Shown in pieces: positions 37,901 to 50,465 of a DNA stretch of 64,000 nt. Source of the stretch: Narcine bancroftii (lineage: Eukaryota); the NCBI RefSeq assembly GCF_036971445.1, contig NC_091471.1, positions 261,330,001 through 261,394,000 of the forward strand. Reading direction: 5' to 3'. Every line of letters begins with the position of its first letter. Within the stretch, counting starts at the first letter, position 1. A program made the position numbers and the translations under genes. The notes under the pieces were generated by a model. That model was not told the origin of the DNA. It worked only from the letters and a program-made list of their open reading frames with translations, and made no database searches.

Positions 37901-38989
37901 GCTGCAATCCTGGACAGGGGAGAAACTGAAATTGTCCTAAAAGACTGTAGCCTCTTACCTAATCCTCCTCTTCCAACACACCTCCCCATTGCTTCTGGCT
38001 TATCAGCTGCAGATTGTGTGAGCAAGAACTTCTTAATTTTTCTGCTTTCTCACTCCCTCATTCCAGACCCTTGTGGTTTTCTTCACTTTAAACGCCCAAG
38101 AAAGGCACCGCAGGAAGAGAAAGGAGCCAGTGTTGATGAAGACACATAGTTGTACAATTTCATACTCGCAGACATCAGAATTTCAAAGAAAGTACAATAC
38201 GACAGGAATTTGAGCATGTGATGGGGGGTGGGGTGGGGTTGGGCAAATTCATCACAGATGAGGATTTAAATAGTAGCATTTAAAGGCCAGATACCCATAT
38301 GTAATTAAAGGTTTGGTGCTTTGCAAAGTCTGCCAGGAAACTAGTATCCAGTATCAAGGATCACAGAGGAATTGGTATTAGGTCAGCAGAGCTTATGGTC
38401 CATACTTCCTAATGTGGAAGTGGAGTCAATTCTGCATTTTCATTTGGAAACCCAATTCTTCAATGACTACTAGGCCATTTTCCACTCCAATATGAATAGC
38501 AATGACCCAATGTCTAATTGCTACACTGAAAGCTCAGGTTGTAGTCATTGTGGCTGTGAATTACAGCAGACCATTGTTGAACATTCGAAAATGGATTTAC
38601 TGCTACGTTAAAATATATAAGATTCATTCCAGTGGTGAATAACAGATATGTTTGTCAGTATGAAATTCCTTCATCTGTGTGAACTTTAAGACATTTATTG
38701 TTTATGTGCTCAATGTAACTATTACATTATATTTATTATTCAGTGGCTTTGGAGGCTGCGAGAGCTCTGGGGGCAAATCAACAGACACTCAGTGACTCTG
38801 GAGGGATTCTCATTTGCTTCTCTTTCTCTGACTGTAATGGGTGGTGGGCAATTTCTTCTGATAGTGAATTGTTGTCTTCCTTACAGTAGGCTCAAGGAAA
38901 TTTTGTGCAATATCACATTTTCTGTTTTATTATAGGATGATTAAATAATCTTGAGAAAATAATCTTGAATTAATTCATTTTTTGAGATC

Positions 38990-40760
38990 TGATCATTGTC
39001 AGTTATTGTTCGTGAGAAGGTAGTGGTGATTGCCTTATTAAACCACCTGAGTGAAGGTGCTTCCACAAGGTAGTGGGAAAGGTCAAGTGAGGACGGTGTG
39101 CCACTTGGAAGGGAAACTGCAGGTAGTATTGTTCCCGAGCACTTGTTTTCCTTCTGCTTCTTGATGGGAGGCGTTAACAGAATAGCATGTGGAAGTAATG
39201 TAGCTTTTAGCACATACTGCACCCAATGTGGGCTAAGGGTAGAAGAAATCCATTTTTAGGCTGGCATCACACTGCTGACTTGTGCTTTGTAGCTGGTGGT
39301 AAAGTTTGTGTGTCTCAGGAGAAGTTTTTGACTTCCTCGTGTAACCACAGGCTGGCGCAGTTGAAGTTCTGGAGGTCAGTGAAGACCCAGTTTATTGATG
39401 GTAGGAGATTCACAATAGTCATGCCATTTAATGTCAAGAGAATCTCCACTGATGGCATTTATGTGGGTAATGTTATTTAAAATTTATCAGCCCATTCCTG
39501 AATGGCTCCTTGCTACACTGGAACTTTTACCTGCAGATGAGTTGTGAATAGAATTGAACATTGGACGATCATCAGTGGAATATTCTCACACTGATATTGT
39601 GCTGAAGGAAAATCATTAATGATTGTTAAGTCTGATGTCACGAAGAACTCCTTCATTGTGGTCCTGGGATTGAGTCGATTAATTGCAACACCTACAATCA
39701 TCTTCCTTCACACAAATTCTGCCTCCAACTATTGGAATGATTCCCCTATAAGATTCAAGATTCATTTATTGTCATGTATTAAAACCAGTGCAATAGTATA
39801 TGGAATTTACTTTCATTGCCGGCAGATTCACCATCGGCAGAAATTGCCTGAAGTGCCTTTTACATTCGAAGAAAGAGAAGTAAATGAGAGTCCCCTCAGA
39901 GTCACTGAGTGTCTATGGATTCACCTCCAGTGCTGCCGCAGCCCCTATGACCACATAGAATCTGATCCCAATCATCAGTAGCGAGCTCGAGATCCGAACC
40001 TCTGACACTACCAGGAACCTTCAGTGCCCTCAGGACCCTCTCACATCCCGGTTCAAAAACCTGCTACCCCTTCAGTCACTCTCGAGTCATTCTCCAGCAG
40101 TTGGGCGCCTGGTGTGAATCCCTCGACTGCAGACGCCAGTAGCCTTTATATGTGATGACCACTTTTACCGAGTTCCTTGATGTCACAGTGAGTCAAATGC
40201 TGCTTTAATGTTAGGATCATTGTTCTCACCTCTCCTCTGGACTTCTACTTTGGTCCAACTCAGGTCCACGAGTCTGGAGCCAAGGGGGCCTGGGAAAATC
40301 CGTACTGGGCACCATTTAGCAGGTCATTGGTGATAGTCGCATGGTAGCACAGTTGACTATCTTTCATCACTTTTGTTGGTGAGTGACAGTGGAGTGATTG
40401 GACAGCAATTAGATGGATTGGATTCCTTCCTGCTGTTTATGAACAGGTCATACCTAGGCTATTGTCCACATTGCTGGGGGACGTCAATCTTGTAACTATA
40501 TTGGCAGTGCTTCGCGAGAGATATGGTTATTTCTGGTGGGCAGATTTTCAGCTGGGAAGTTGCTAGCCCCATAGCCTTTGCTATACACTGTGCCATGTGG
40601 AATGAATCAAATTGACTGGATTTCCTTCTGTGGCTGTGTGCTCTCATGAAGAAATTAAGATGGAACCTCCACTGGGCATCACTTTAGCCTTTCCTTTAGC
40701 TCTCAGATTGTGTATCACTAAGGAGAGAGATGTTCCTGAGGTCTCCTCTTTCTGCCAGCT
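38990..40760 (-). mobile_element. Old CR1/L2-type LINE remnant with a nested Rex-like 3' fragment (~39750-40145)
   Basis: gagaaggtagtggtgattgccttattaaaccac start motif; nested piece begins aagattcaagattcatttattgtcatg (reverse of an aataaa + tgaatct tail). Confidence 0.5.
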
Positions 40761-40881
40761 GTCTGTTTGTCCACATCTACAGGACTGCGGTGCTTTCATT
40801 CTACCTCATAAAGAATCAGAATACAATCTTTCGCTATCCATGTCAATTAATTCTATCATATTCTGTGGCTCCACTGCACAC

Positions 40882-41580
40882 TGTCGGACTCTGGCTTTAC
40901 CCTCCCCTCAATTTGGTCTATGTGTCGTCTGAGTCCAGCGTGCTCGTTGAATGAAGTGATAGGAGAAGGTATTCGGTTTCAATCAGTTTATTACATAGCA
41001 CAAGAATAAAGCTTAACAGAGCTCTGGTCCAGTCGTTAGTTCATAGGTCACCTGCTCAGTGAGCTATTCCCCAAGACTGAATCTTACCGTCCAGTCTCTT
41101 CTGTTTATATAGGTCAACATTGTTACACTGAACAAAAGTTGGCTTTCTTTGATAGGCTTCTTGCCCAAGATTTATCCCAAGCAATTTCCTGCTCTGCAAT
41201 GATCTATGGTGTAGACCTCCTATCTTAATCCCCAAGGCCAGAACATTCTGTTGTTTTAATCAACACCTTCCATGTACCCTTATGACTCCTCATTCCTACG
41301 CAAGTGATTATTTATTTTATTTGTCTCTGACAGTCTCAGTCATGGTACTCTTACCACTTATCCTTGCAATACACTTATCTTCCCGTCCCTAGCCTGTTTC
41401 AGAATAAATCACTGTCCCTATGGTTCCTCATCTTGTCTAACTTCTCATATCTGCTATCCTGTTACTCCCATGTGTGTTTTTGATGTTTTCTCTCCGGTCT
41501 TGTGCTTTCCAATTAGCAGTGTAACCTTGGGGATGAAAGTATTCTCTCTCTCTCTGTATTTGGAGGCAGCAAATTCTACA
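40882..41580 (-). mobile_element. Solo LTR related to 5461-6229
   Basis: TG...CA termini. 40882-~41150 is the reverse complement of ~5970-6229 (e.g. gaatgaagtgataggagaaggtattcggtt). Imperfect 5-bp flank match cacac/catac. Confidence 0.75.
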
Positions 41581-43029
41581 CATACTATAATCAGCCAACA
41601 TTTCTACATACTGTGGCTGTTACTTAATTGCATTAATATTTCCCTTAAACCGTATAATTGAAGTAAATAGTAAATTGTTACATAGTAATGGATTAATGAA
41701 TACATAATGAATAGTACATAGGCATATTTTCCATGATTACTTAACCCTTTGGTTCCAACCACACCAGGGTATGAGATTTCTGGGATCCATCTATCCAGGC
41801 ATACCCCACAAAAAAATGAATGGCTCACCTGTTGTGAATAGGATAAATAGGTTAAAAGAATTCTGACCAGTTATCCTAGCCAATATTCAGTATTATATAC
41901 TCTTCACTACCGCCTTGTGAATAGCGGGGTCATTCTGAGTGTCAACGGCTCCCTGAACTGCTGACAGGCAAAATACTCGACAGGAATCCACACCAGGTTT
42001 TCCATCATTCCACTGCAATGTTTCGGACCCCACTTGGCTGAGCAGGTTTTGAGCAGCGTGCGTGTGAGTCAGTGTGAATCTCGCTGACTCACTACAAATA
42101 TCAGTGACATGTTAAGTACAGTAACTGTGTGGCGGATTCCTGCGAGAACTCCTCAGAGCAAAGCGTCACTGCCGCTATATTTGGCTGCATTGCAGGAACT
42201 ATGAGTGGCAGGAAGGATAACCCAGGCAGGCGAAAGCATTGCGCCTTGCCATCTGCACAATGCTGCCTGCCCTGAACCTGATGGATTTCCCCGACTCTCC
42301 TGGTCTGAGCTCCACTCCTGCTTTTCCCCTGCGCCCCTTTTGTTGGGGCCGGTGTCCTCTGTCCGCTCTTGAAGACTGAGATGCAAAGAACTTCCATTTC
42401 TGAGGCGCCTTTCACTATTGTCACCACATCCCAAAGTGATTCGTAGCCACTGAAGTTCGGGAGTTGGAAACACCTGTGCATTGCCAACCCTTACAATGTG
42501 ACAACCAGATAGAGTGACATATTGAGGTTGGGCAAGGTATATTGCCCAGGACACAGAACTAGCTCCTTGGCTCTCTGGAATCATGGCATGGAATCTTTCA
42601 CATCCAACCAAAAGGGCCAAGCTGTCCTCTGCTTATTAAACATGCCAGCATTGCCAGTCTGGAACCTGCTTTCAAATATCCGGCGCGGTGTTTGAACCCT
42701 CAACCTGCAGCACGGAAGCAGGTTCTTGTTCACACTGAGCACCATCCCCCAAGTACATTCACTCTATATTAATTCCATGCTTTATTTTCCCTGCATTCTG
42801 ATCAATCCCCCCACCCACATTTCAGACTCAGAGGTCAATTAACATCGTTGGAAAATGAGAGGAAGCTGAATCACCTGGATACACCCCAGAAGATCACAGG
42901 GAGAAAAAAAAAGGGTTGCTGGTCTCTCGGCATAGAGAATCACAAAGACGGCAGGGGCTGGAATCTTGACCAAATAAGAAGTCAAGGTTACAAGAGAATA
43001 CAGAGACAGGATGCAGAGATGAGCAGAAA

Positions 43030-43580
43030 AGTTTCCAGTGATCCTCTCTGCCACTCTTGTGGTCCTGTGGATTGACCTCCGGTCCATTTCTCTGCAGCAA
43101 CTGCACCATGCTATGATGCAACTAGCCAGGATGCTCTGGATAGCAGAGGATGGTTTTGATCCATTGATCTCTGGGTTATGGGCGCAGCAAGCTTCTGCTG
43201 CCTCATTACAAGCTCCTTTGGAAAGTTGACATAATGGTGGCCGGTAGCCTTGCCCGCTTCGGTCTTCTCAGGAGGTGCAATCGCTGTTGGGCCTTCCTGA
43301 CAAGTGAGGAGATGTTGAGCGTCCAAGTTAGGTCACTAGTTAAGTGAACTCCAAGGAACTTGGTGCTCTCCACTCTCTCTCTACTATGGAGTTGTGGATG
43401 TGTAGTGGAGGGTGGTTGTTCCTGGCCCTCCTGAAGTCCATGATCATCTTCTTCATCTTGTCCACATTGAGACTCAGGATGGTACTCTCGCACCATTTCA
43501 CGAGATTTTCCTCCCCTTCTCTGTAGTGCAACTCATCATTGTTGCTGGAGGAACTCAATGAGTTAGACACATCACAGCTA
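43030..43580 (-). mobile_element. Rex1/Babar LINE fragment carrying a tRNA-derived insert
   Basis: VESTKFLGVHLTSDLTWTLNISSLVRKAQQRLHLLRR; colinear with the copy at ~62960-63400. Confidence 0.88.
43141..43207 (-). pseudogene. Initiator tRNA-Met (CAT) pseudogene, 5'-truncated
   Basis: 43141-43201 matches the reverse complement of the recalled vertebrate tRNA-iMet at 55/61 positions. Four of six mismatches are at CpG sites. The anticodon CAT is retained (43178-43180); the 5' strand of the acceptor stem is lost. Confidence 0.85.
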
Positions 43581-43584
43581 ACTT

Positions 43585-44390
43585 GACTACACCTCTTCAC
43601 ACCCTGTCCCCTATAAGGATTCCATTCCTTTCTTGCAATTCCTCTGTCTCCGTCACATCTGTTCCCAGGATGGTCTTTCTGAGATGTCTTCCTTCTTCAA
43701 AAAGCATGGCTTCCCCCCTACTATCACCAGTTTGGCCCTCACCCACATTTCCTCTATTACCCACATTTCCTCTATTACCCACATATCTGCCCTGGTGCTC
43801 TCTGCCTACAGGCACAACAAGGACAGGATTTCTCTTGTCCTCACCTACCAGCCTCCACATCCAAAATATCATACTCTGCCATTTCCACCACATTCTACAT
43901 CATGCCACCAACAAACACGTCTTCCCCTCTCTGCCTTCCACAGGGACCACTCCTTCCTTCATTCACTCCTCCCTTCTCCCCAGTCACTCCCTTGGTATCT
44001 AGTGTAGCACTTGTGTCCTCATCCCCTCTCTCACCACCATTTGGGGCCCCAAACTGCCCTTCCAATTGAAGCAACATTTCATTAGTGAATCTGCAGGGGG
44101 TCATCTACTCCATCCAGTGCTCCTGTTGTGGTCTCCTCTACATCGGAGAGACTGAACATAGACTGGGAGACAGCTTCACTGAGCACCTTCTCTCTGTTTT
44201 CTGCAATAGTGGGGATTTCCCAGTGGCCACCCATTTTAATTCCCCACCCCATTCCTATGCCAACATCTCTGTCCATTGTCCTATACACTGCTAGACTGAA
44301 ACCACCCACAAACTGGAGGGACAATACTTCATATTCCGTCTGGGCATCGTCCAGCCAGATGGCCTTAACGGCGACTTCTCCAGTTTCCCC
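43585..44390 (+). mobile_element. Penelope-like element remnant (RT C-terminus + GIY-YIG endonuclease)
   Basis: IPFLQFLCLRHICS, and VIYSIQCSCCGLLYIGETEHRLGDSFTEHL...PVATHFNSPPHS (PLE GIY-YIG with CxxC). Frameshifted. Confidence 0.88.
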
Positions 44391-45289
44391 ACATGAACCA
44401 GAAGACTGCTCCGGTGGCCGCCTGTTGTATTTGGGAAAGTATCAGGCTCGGTGCATTCACAGAGAGACGAGTCTGTACCATAAAGTAACTTTATTGAACA
44501 CACGAGGAACAAACAGGGGATGACATCAAATGATACTAAATTATTCTACTACTTAATAGCTATATAGACATTCTCATCCGACCCTGGTTGGACTCCGATA
44601 CCAGTGGCCACCTGATGGAAAACAAAAACTCTTATGGTGTAAGCAGGCACATCAGGCACAAGAGACTCCGATATCGGTGGCTACTTACCCCACTATACTC
44701 TTCTGCACTTCATCAACAGGGACTTTCAAACACACTCCTGATTCCCTGCACCAACAGAGACACCACTCTCCACTAATCTAATTCACCGTGAAACTATACT
44801 TGCTCTACACATTCCCTGTGTGCACTGCCTCAGAGGATCTGGTATGGAGAAAACGGTTTGCAATTGTTCTTTAAGGAGCCCATTTATCAGTTCAATGTCC
44901 TTATAATTCAATGTAAATTAGTATCAATTTATATCATCTCCATTAAAATACATGGTAAGGTGACATCTGGAGCAGGAGCCATCTGTCAGCCGTCAGTAGG
45001 AGCAACTAATCTTTTATCCTTGGTTATAATGGAATTAAATTCATTTTCCCTCAAAGCAGTTTCTTGGAGGAAGAAAGAGTAGCAATAAGCTTACAGTTTA
45101 ACCCAGAAAGAAGCCGCTATTCCACTGACAACTGTTCTGCAATTAATAATCTTTGGGGACTGCCCTCTTCCTTGTGTCAGAAGGTCTATGATTAAGGAAC
45201 ACTCCAGATATTCATGCATGAAATTTAGGATAATGCTTCAGTACAATGATACCAAGGAAGCACAGGACTGAAGCAGCTGCACAAATGGA

Positions 45290-45800
45290 GAGACAGTGCT
45301 GAGGGAATGTCACACTATTAGCGAGCCAGTACTAAGGAAGCGCTACACCTTCTCCGGGGCAATGCTGTTGGAGCAATATTGGATGGAAATACTGAGAGAC
45401 GGTAAATTGACAGATGGGCAACCCTAAGGAAGGGCTCAGACCTGAAATGTCAGTAATATATCTTTACCTCCTATGGTCGCTGTGAGTCTGGCTGAGTTCC
45501 TCCAGCATTTCTGTATTTTGACTTACAATCACAGCATCTGCAGATTTTTGTGTTTCACAGTATTGATGAGCGTTGTTCTATCAGTGGGACACCACTGAGG
45601 GAGTGCCATGTAACGCTGAGATTGTGCCATGGTGGAAGTGGCAGTATTGAGGGAACACAACTCTACCTCTGGGGCGGTAGTGATAATCAGGGAAGATCAA
45701 ATAACAGACCTGTGGTCCGTCAGGGAGCAGTACTGAGGATGTAATACTAGAGGAGAGTATTGAGAGACAAATCCATTGACAGAAGGTCATTATTGAGTGA
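45290..45800 (+). repeat. Degenerate ~32-bp tandem array (cagtactgagggag...), split by a Penelope terminal fragment at ~45420-45550
   Basis: cagtRYtgaggg-like anchors at ~45295, 45328, 45360, 45557, 45590, 45642, 45728, 45757 and 45788. Confidence 0.55.
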
Positions 45801-47715
45801 ATGTCGTATTTTTTCTGATTAATACTGATTCAATAGTTCTTGTATTTGCTAAAGGTTATAGACCAATCTTTGAAGAAGTCCATGAATAATTTGTGTTGGT
45901 GAGGTTCAGGTATTGTGAGAGGGGGGAGGTGGTGTATGAGTAAATCCATAATAGAGTCTGGTTCTTTGTGCCAAAATAACAACATACATTTGCACTTAAT
46001 ATAATAAAACTTTCCAAGTCATTTCACAGAAACATCAGAGATGGTTTGACACCATACACTTCAGAGAGGATTTTTGTGTTGGTTTTCTCAGTGTTTTTAT
46101 CAGAGGGTCAGCTTTGCTCACTCCCTTATTGAGAAATAAGGACATGAATAAACAGAGAAGGAATGATCAGGAAGGAGAGTGGTGAAGGGAGGGGGGGAGG
46201 CTTCGGTAGGGAATTCCAGAGTTTAGGGTTTTGTCAGTTGAAGACATAACTGCCAGCATTCAAGGAGTAAGAGAATTATGGAAGAAGAAAGGCCATGGAA
46301 CAATTTGGATAGAAGAATAAGAATTTAAATCTCTTTTTATTCCTATTAAGGCAGTGCCCCGATTGCAAAGGATTCTGTCCCTTTGTAAATGAGTTTATAA
46401 ATGTTGGAACTTTGTTTCCTCATTCCTAAGTCCTGCAATACCTTTGTGGAGTATTTCTGAGCACCATAAAGAAATAAAGGAAGATGATAGGAAGAATTTA
46501 ATTAAGCAGTGAATGGTCAGACTTGGAGCTTGCTGCCTGGGAGAGTGATGGAAGCAGAGATCATGGAAATTGGATCTGCATTCGAGGGAAATAAGCTTGC
46601 CGTGTACATTGATAGTGTGGATGAATGGATTGACCAGATAATCCTGCAGAGATGAGTGGATATTTGGTGGTCCAAATGGCCTTCGGTGCCATAATGTCTA
46701 CACATGACAACTTAATCCAATATTTCTGGATTATCTTTGATCCAATCCAGTTCTTTACAGGATTATTCATGTCCAGACCATGTGTGTGTGGCACCCACCA
46801 AATCTCACTCCTAATTAATTTATTGGGTTTGATTTATTTCTATTTTTCCCACTGTCACTGCAAAATCCAATCCGGGTGTTGTTAAGGGAGGTATTGAGGG
46901 CTCTAGAAATGGATTTGCTTTAAGGGATTGGAAATAAGAGGAGTCCAGGATGGACTATAACGTGTCAGATGAAGATGCATATCAGAGAGTTTGTTCTCTT
47001 CTCCTCCCAACCCACAAAGTTCTCAGGCAAACATGACTCTCTGAAGAATTGTATCAGAGAATCATGACAGAACTGAAAGGGAACATTAAGCTCATTAAGT
47101 CCATCTTTGCTCTCTAAAGTAATGAGGTAAAGTACAATGTCAGTCACTTTATATCCAGAATGAGATATGGTACATGAACAAATTGGGGAAAATGAGCAGA
47201 AAACAGATACTTGAATCTGGAGCAATTCTGCAGGTCAGTCAGCATGTGTGGAGGCAGAACAATAATCAACGTTTCGAGTCAAGACCCCATCCTTTCAACC
47301 ATTCTCTTTCCAATATCTAACCCCTCAGTCCTTCAATCAGAAACCTTATCTTTCAATCGCTCTTGATTTCTGGCCTCTGGCACCTGGTACAAATACTCAA
47401 TCTGTCGTGACCTTCCCCACTGTTCACTCTCCCCACGACCTGTTCTCTTTCTCAGTCTTTCTGGCAGGAAGAGAAATTTTTAAAAAGTGGGAATGAATTC
47501 AGCCTGAGCTCAGGGACCCTGCCATTTCTGGATTATTCCAACCTACGCACCTTCTCAGTCTCCTTGGAAATGGCTGAAATAGTAGTTCTGTCATTCACTC
47601 TGCTACCATTGGGAAAAAGGAACACGAGCCTGAAGATGAGAACTCAGCGGAACCAGGACAGCTTGTTTCCTGCTGCCATCAGATTCCTGAACGATCAATA
47701 AACAAACGACACTTT

Positions 47716-48058
47716 GGGTTTTTAGACTGCAGGCATGTAATGGTAAAATCAATGAAATTTGCCGTTAACATGGGCAGTCTAAAAAGGAAAGTGCAGGATC
47801 TTTTAGTCAATTCCTGCACCGCAATTTATCCTGCAGGACCCCTACTACTTTTCGGGGGAAGCCTGCAATCTAAATTACACCGCACAACTCACCTCATGAA
47901 TTTGATGTCCAGCTGATGATGCAGGCCACGTAAAACCACCGGGACTAATGCGCACTGGAACTTAAGGTGTGCAGTGTAAACAGCCACAAAGTGGGTAATT
48001 ATGTTAATTTATGTTAAAATTTTCAGATTTTTCCGACATTGCTGTGTAAAAAAGCATT
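47716..48058. mobile_element. PIF/Harbinger-like MITE, copy 2, inserted in a Rex 3' fragment (47590-48205)
   Basis: Colinear with 32470-32820. The Rex sequence resumes after it and ends aataaattctgattctgatt. Confidence 0.7.
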
Positions 48059-49269
48059 ATTGCCTTACTTTTCGTGCACTACTATTTTAATTTTTTTATA
48101 ACATTGTTGTAAGATGGTTCATAATATGAAGGTTTGCCCTGTGATGCTGCCACAAAACAATGAATTTCGTGACTTGTTCATGTCAATAAATTCTGATTCT
48201 GATTATATTAAACGCAGGGAAGTGAGGATCAAGAGCTAACTGTGAAGACACATGTCGGCATGGATAGAGATTCAAAGTCAGAAACACATCTGGAAAGATG
48301 TGGTCCACAAGAAAAAGGAACACAGGAAGGTACCTACGTGCATTTTCATGTACATACATGTAAAGATATATAAAGGCAGAGAAAGGCATGTAAAACATGG
48401 AAATAAATCTGTAGCTATTCCAGAGGCAGATACTTTGCACTGTACCAATCAGCTGTTGTAACCAGAGCCCAAATTAATGGACAATGTTGCTGAGTGTAAA
48501 ACAGACCTCACTTAGCTGATAAATGATCAGCCACTTTACTGTCAAATCACCTCAGTAAATGGATGCCTGATAGTTAATCAGTTGCACTTTGTCTATATTC
48601 AGATGGGTTGTGGGAGGTTGCTGGGAATTGAAGGCTGAACTTTAGAAATGCAGAGCATGTTTTTATTTGCCATCTAGCCCATCTGGAATAATTAACCCAT
48701 TTGCCCTTTTGATGCAGATTCTGTTTAGTCCTGGCATCCCTGTGGCCCTCCAGTTCTTTGCTTGGTTTGTGTTGAAATCAGAGAGTCTGCAATGTTCTTT
48801 CTGACTGAAAAAATAAAGCCCTAACTGATAAATCTCCAGGATGAAACAATGCTAAAGAGTAGAAGACCTATTTGCTACTCCATGTTTGTGACCTATGCCT
48901 GCATCTGCCACCTGGCTATGTTTTGCTTCTGAGGCCAAACCCAGTTGCCTTGGAAAGCTGAAAATATTTGGCTGTCAAGAGTTGTTCAAAAATCACAGTC
49001 CTAATATTAAACTATAGGTTAGCCTGAAAAGACATGCATTCTCCCCATGAATTCAGTTCATTTCTTTTCTCTACCTTTTGTTCATCATCTAAAGTCATAA
49101 TTTACAGTAATAGGAACAGGCACTTTGGTCCAACTTGTCCATAATGACCAACTTGTTTATTTAAATGAGTCCATTTGCAAGAAATTCCCCAAAATAGTCT
49201 TCTCCTTTATTTGGGGGATGGGGAAGTGTGATTAAGTTCAATAAATCCTAAGTGAATATTGATTGAGTG

Positions 49270-49404
49270 NNNNNNNNNNNNNNNNNNNNNNNNNNNNNNN
49301 NNNNNNNNNNNNNNNNNNNNNNNNNNNNNNNNNNNNNNNNNNNNNNNNNNNNNNNNNNNNNNNNNNNNNNNNNNNNNNNNNNNNNNNNNNNNNNNNNNNN
49401 NNNN
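49270..49404. other. Assembly gap (135 N)
   Basis: Run of N. Confidence 1.
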
Positions 49405-49929
49405 AAGGCTTCAACAAGTCTGATGGATGATGAAATTTCTCTTTTAACAGTGAAAAACATATTTTATTTGCAATTAAGAAAATCGCACACTAAAAGCACT
49501 TTCCACCCCCACCAATAAACAAGTGCAAACTTCTTACAGTTCCATATTTGCAATAAGATAATGATTCAAATATTTTGATTAGGCTACCAGAATTTAATCA
49601 TTCTGCCAATGGCACTTGTGCCTTTAGCTGCCAGAGCCCCAAGCTCCTTAAAATGTATCCAATTGACCAAATCTTTGGTCACCCATCTCGATTTGAGGCT
49701 CAGTGTCAAAATATTGTGTGATAAATCACTTCTTAGGACATTTTGCTGTTCAAAAAGTACCCCATAAATGCATGTTACTGTTATCAGTAATAGCAAATCC
49801 AGGGTTCATTGACTGACATTTCTAGGAGATGAGGAAGTCATGCATCATTCTACTTCAAGAAGGTGGCAGATGCAGTATAATGCTAGTAAACAAGGCCAAT
49901 GCTTTCTGGAAGGAAGCCCAGACATACAG

Positions 49930-50465
49930 AATATTTTTAAAAATAGTGTGAAACTAGTAAATACAATGTACAAAAGGGATCAGGTCGCTGGTGCATGAAA
50001 TACAGGAAGTAAATGTGATGGTTCAATAAGTAATTAGGAAGGCAAATGGAATTTTGTCTTTTATTGCAAATGATTTGTAATACAAAAGTAAGGAAGTCTT
50101 GCTGAGATTTCCAGGGACTTTGGTGAGACCACCCAGGTTTACAGTGCACAGATTTGGTCCATACCTAATTAACATCAGAAGAGTTCAATCAATAGATTGA
50201 TTTGGGGATGATTAAATTGACTTGAGGAAAGGAGAAGGACTGAATGATATTTGTGAGTTTAGGAAGTGAGATCTGATTTCATTTCAAGATATTCTATTCT
50301 GACTGGCTGGAACTAAAGGGGTTATTCTCAGAATAAGGGGTTGTTTATTTAGGACTAAGATGCATAGATTTTGGTACTGCAGGGAAAATCCAGGCTGTTG
50401 GAATAAGAAAAATAAAGGCACGTGATCTGGTTGAATGGAAAGCAGCTCAAAGGGCTGAATGGGCT
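49930..50465 (+). mobile_element. Old CR1 3' remnant
   Basis: aaggcaaatggaattttgtcttttatt, ttggtgagaccaccc, 3' ctcaaagggctgaatgggct. Similar minus-strand relic at ~55410-56230. Confidence 0.6.

Noticed and set aside
43141-43212. Functional tRNA-iMet gene or LTR primer-binding site
   Set aside because: The acceptor stem is destroyed, CpGs have decayed, and the T-loop is mutated. No adjacent LTR is present, and the match is far longer than a PBS.
44423-44553. Possible short solo LTR on the minus strand
   Set aside because: TGTTG start and a poly(A) signal are present, but there is no CA end or TSD.
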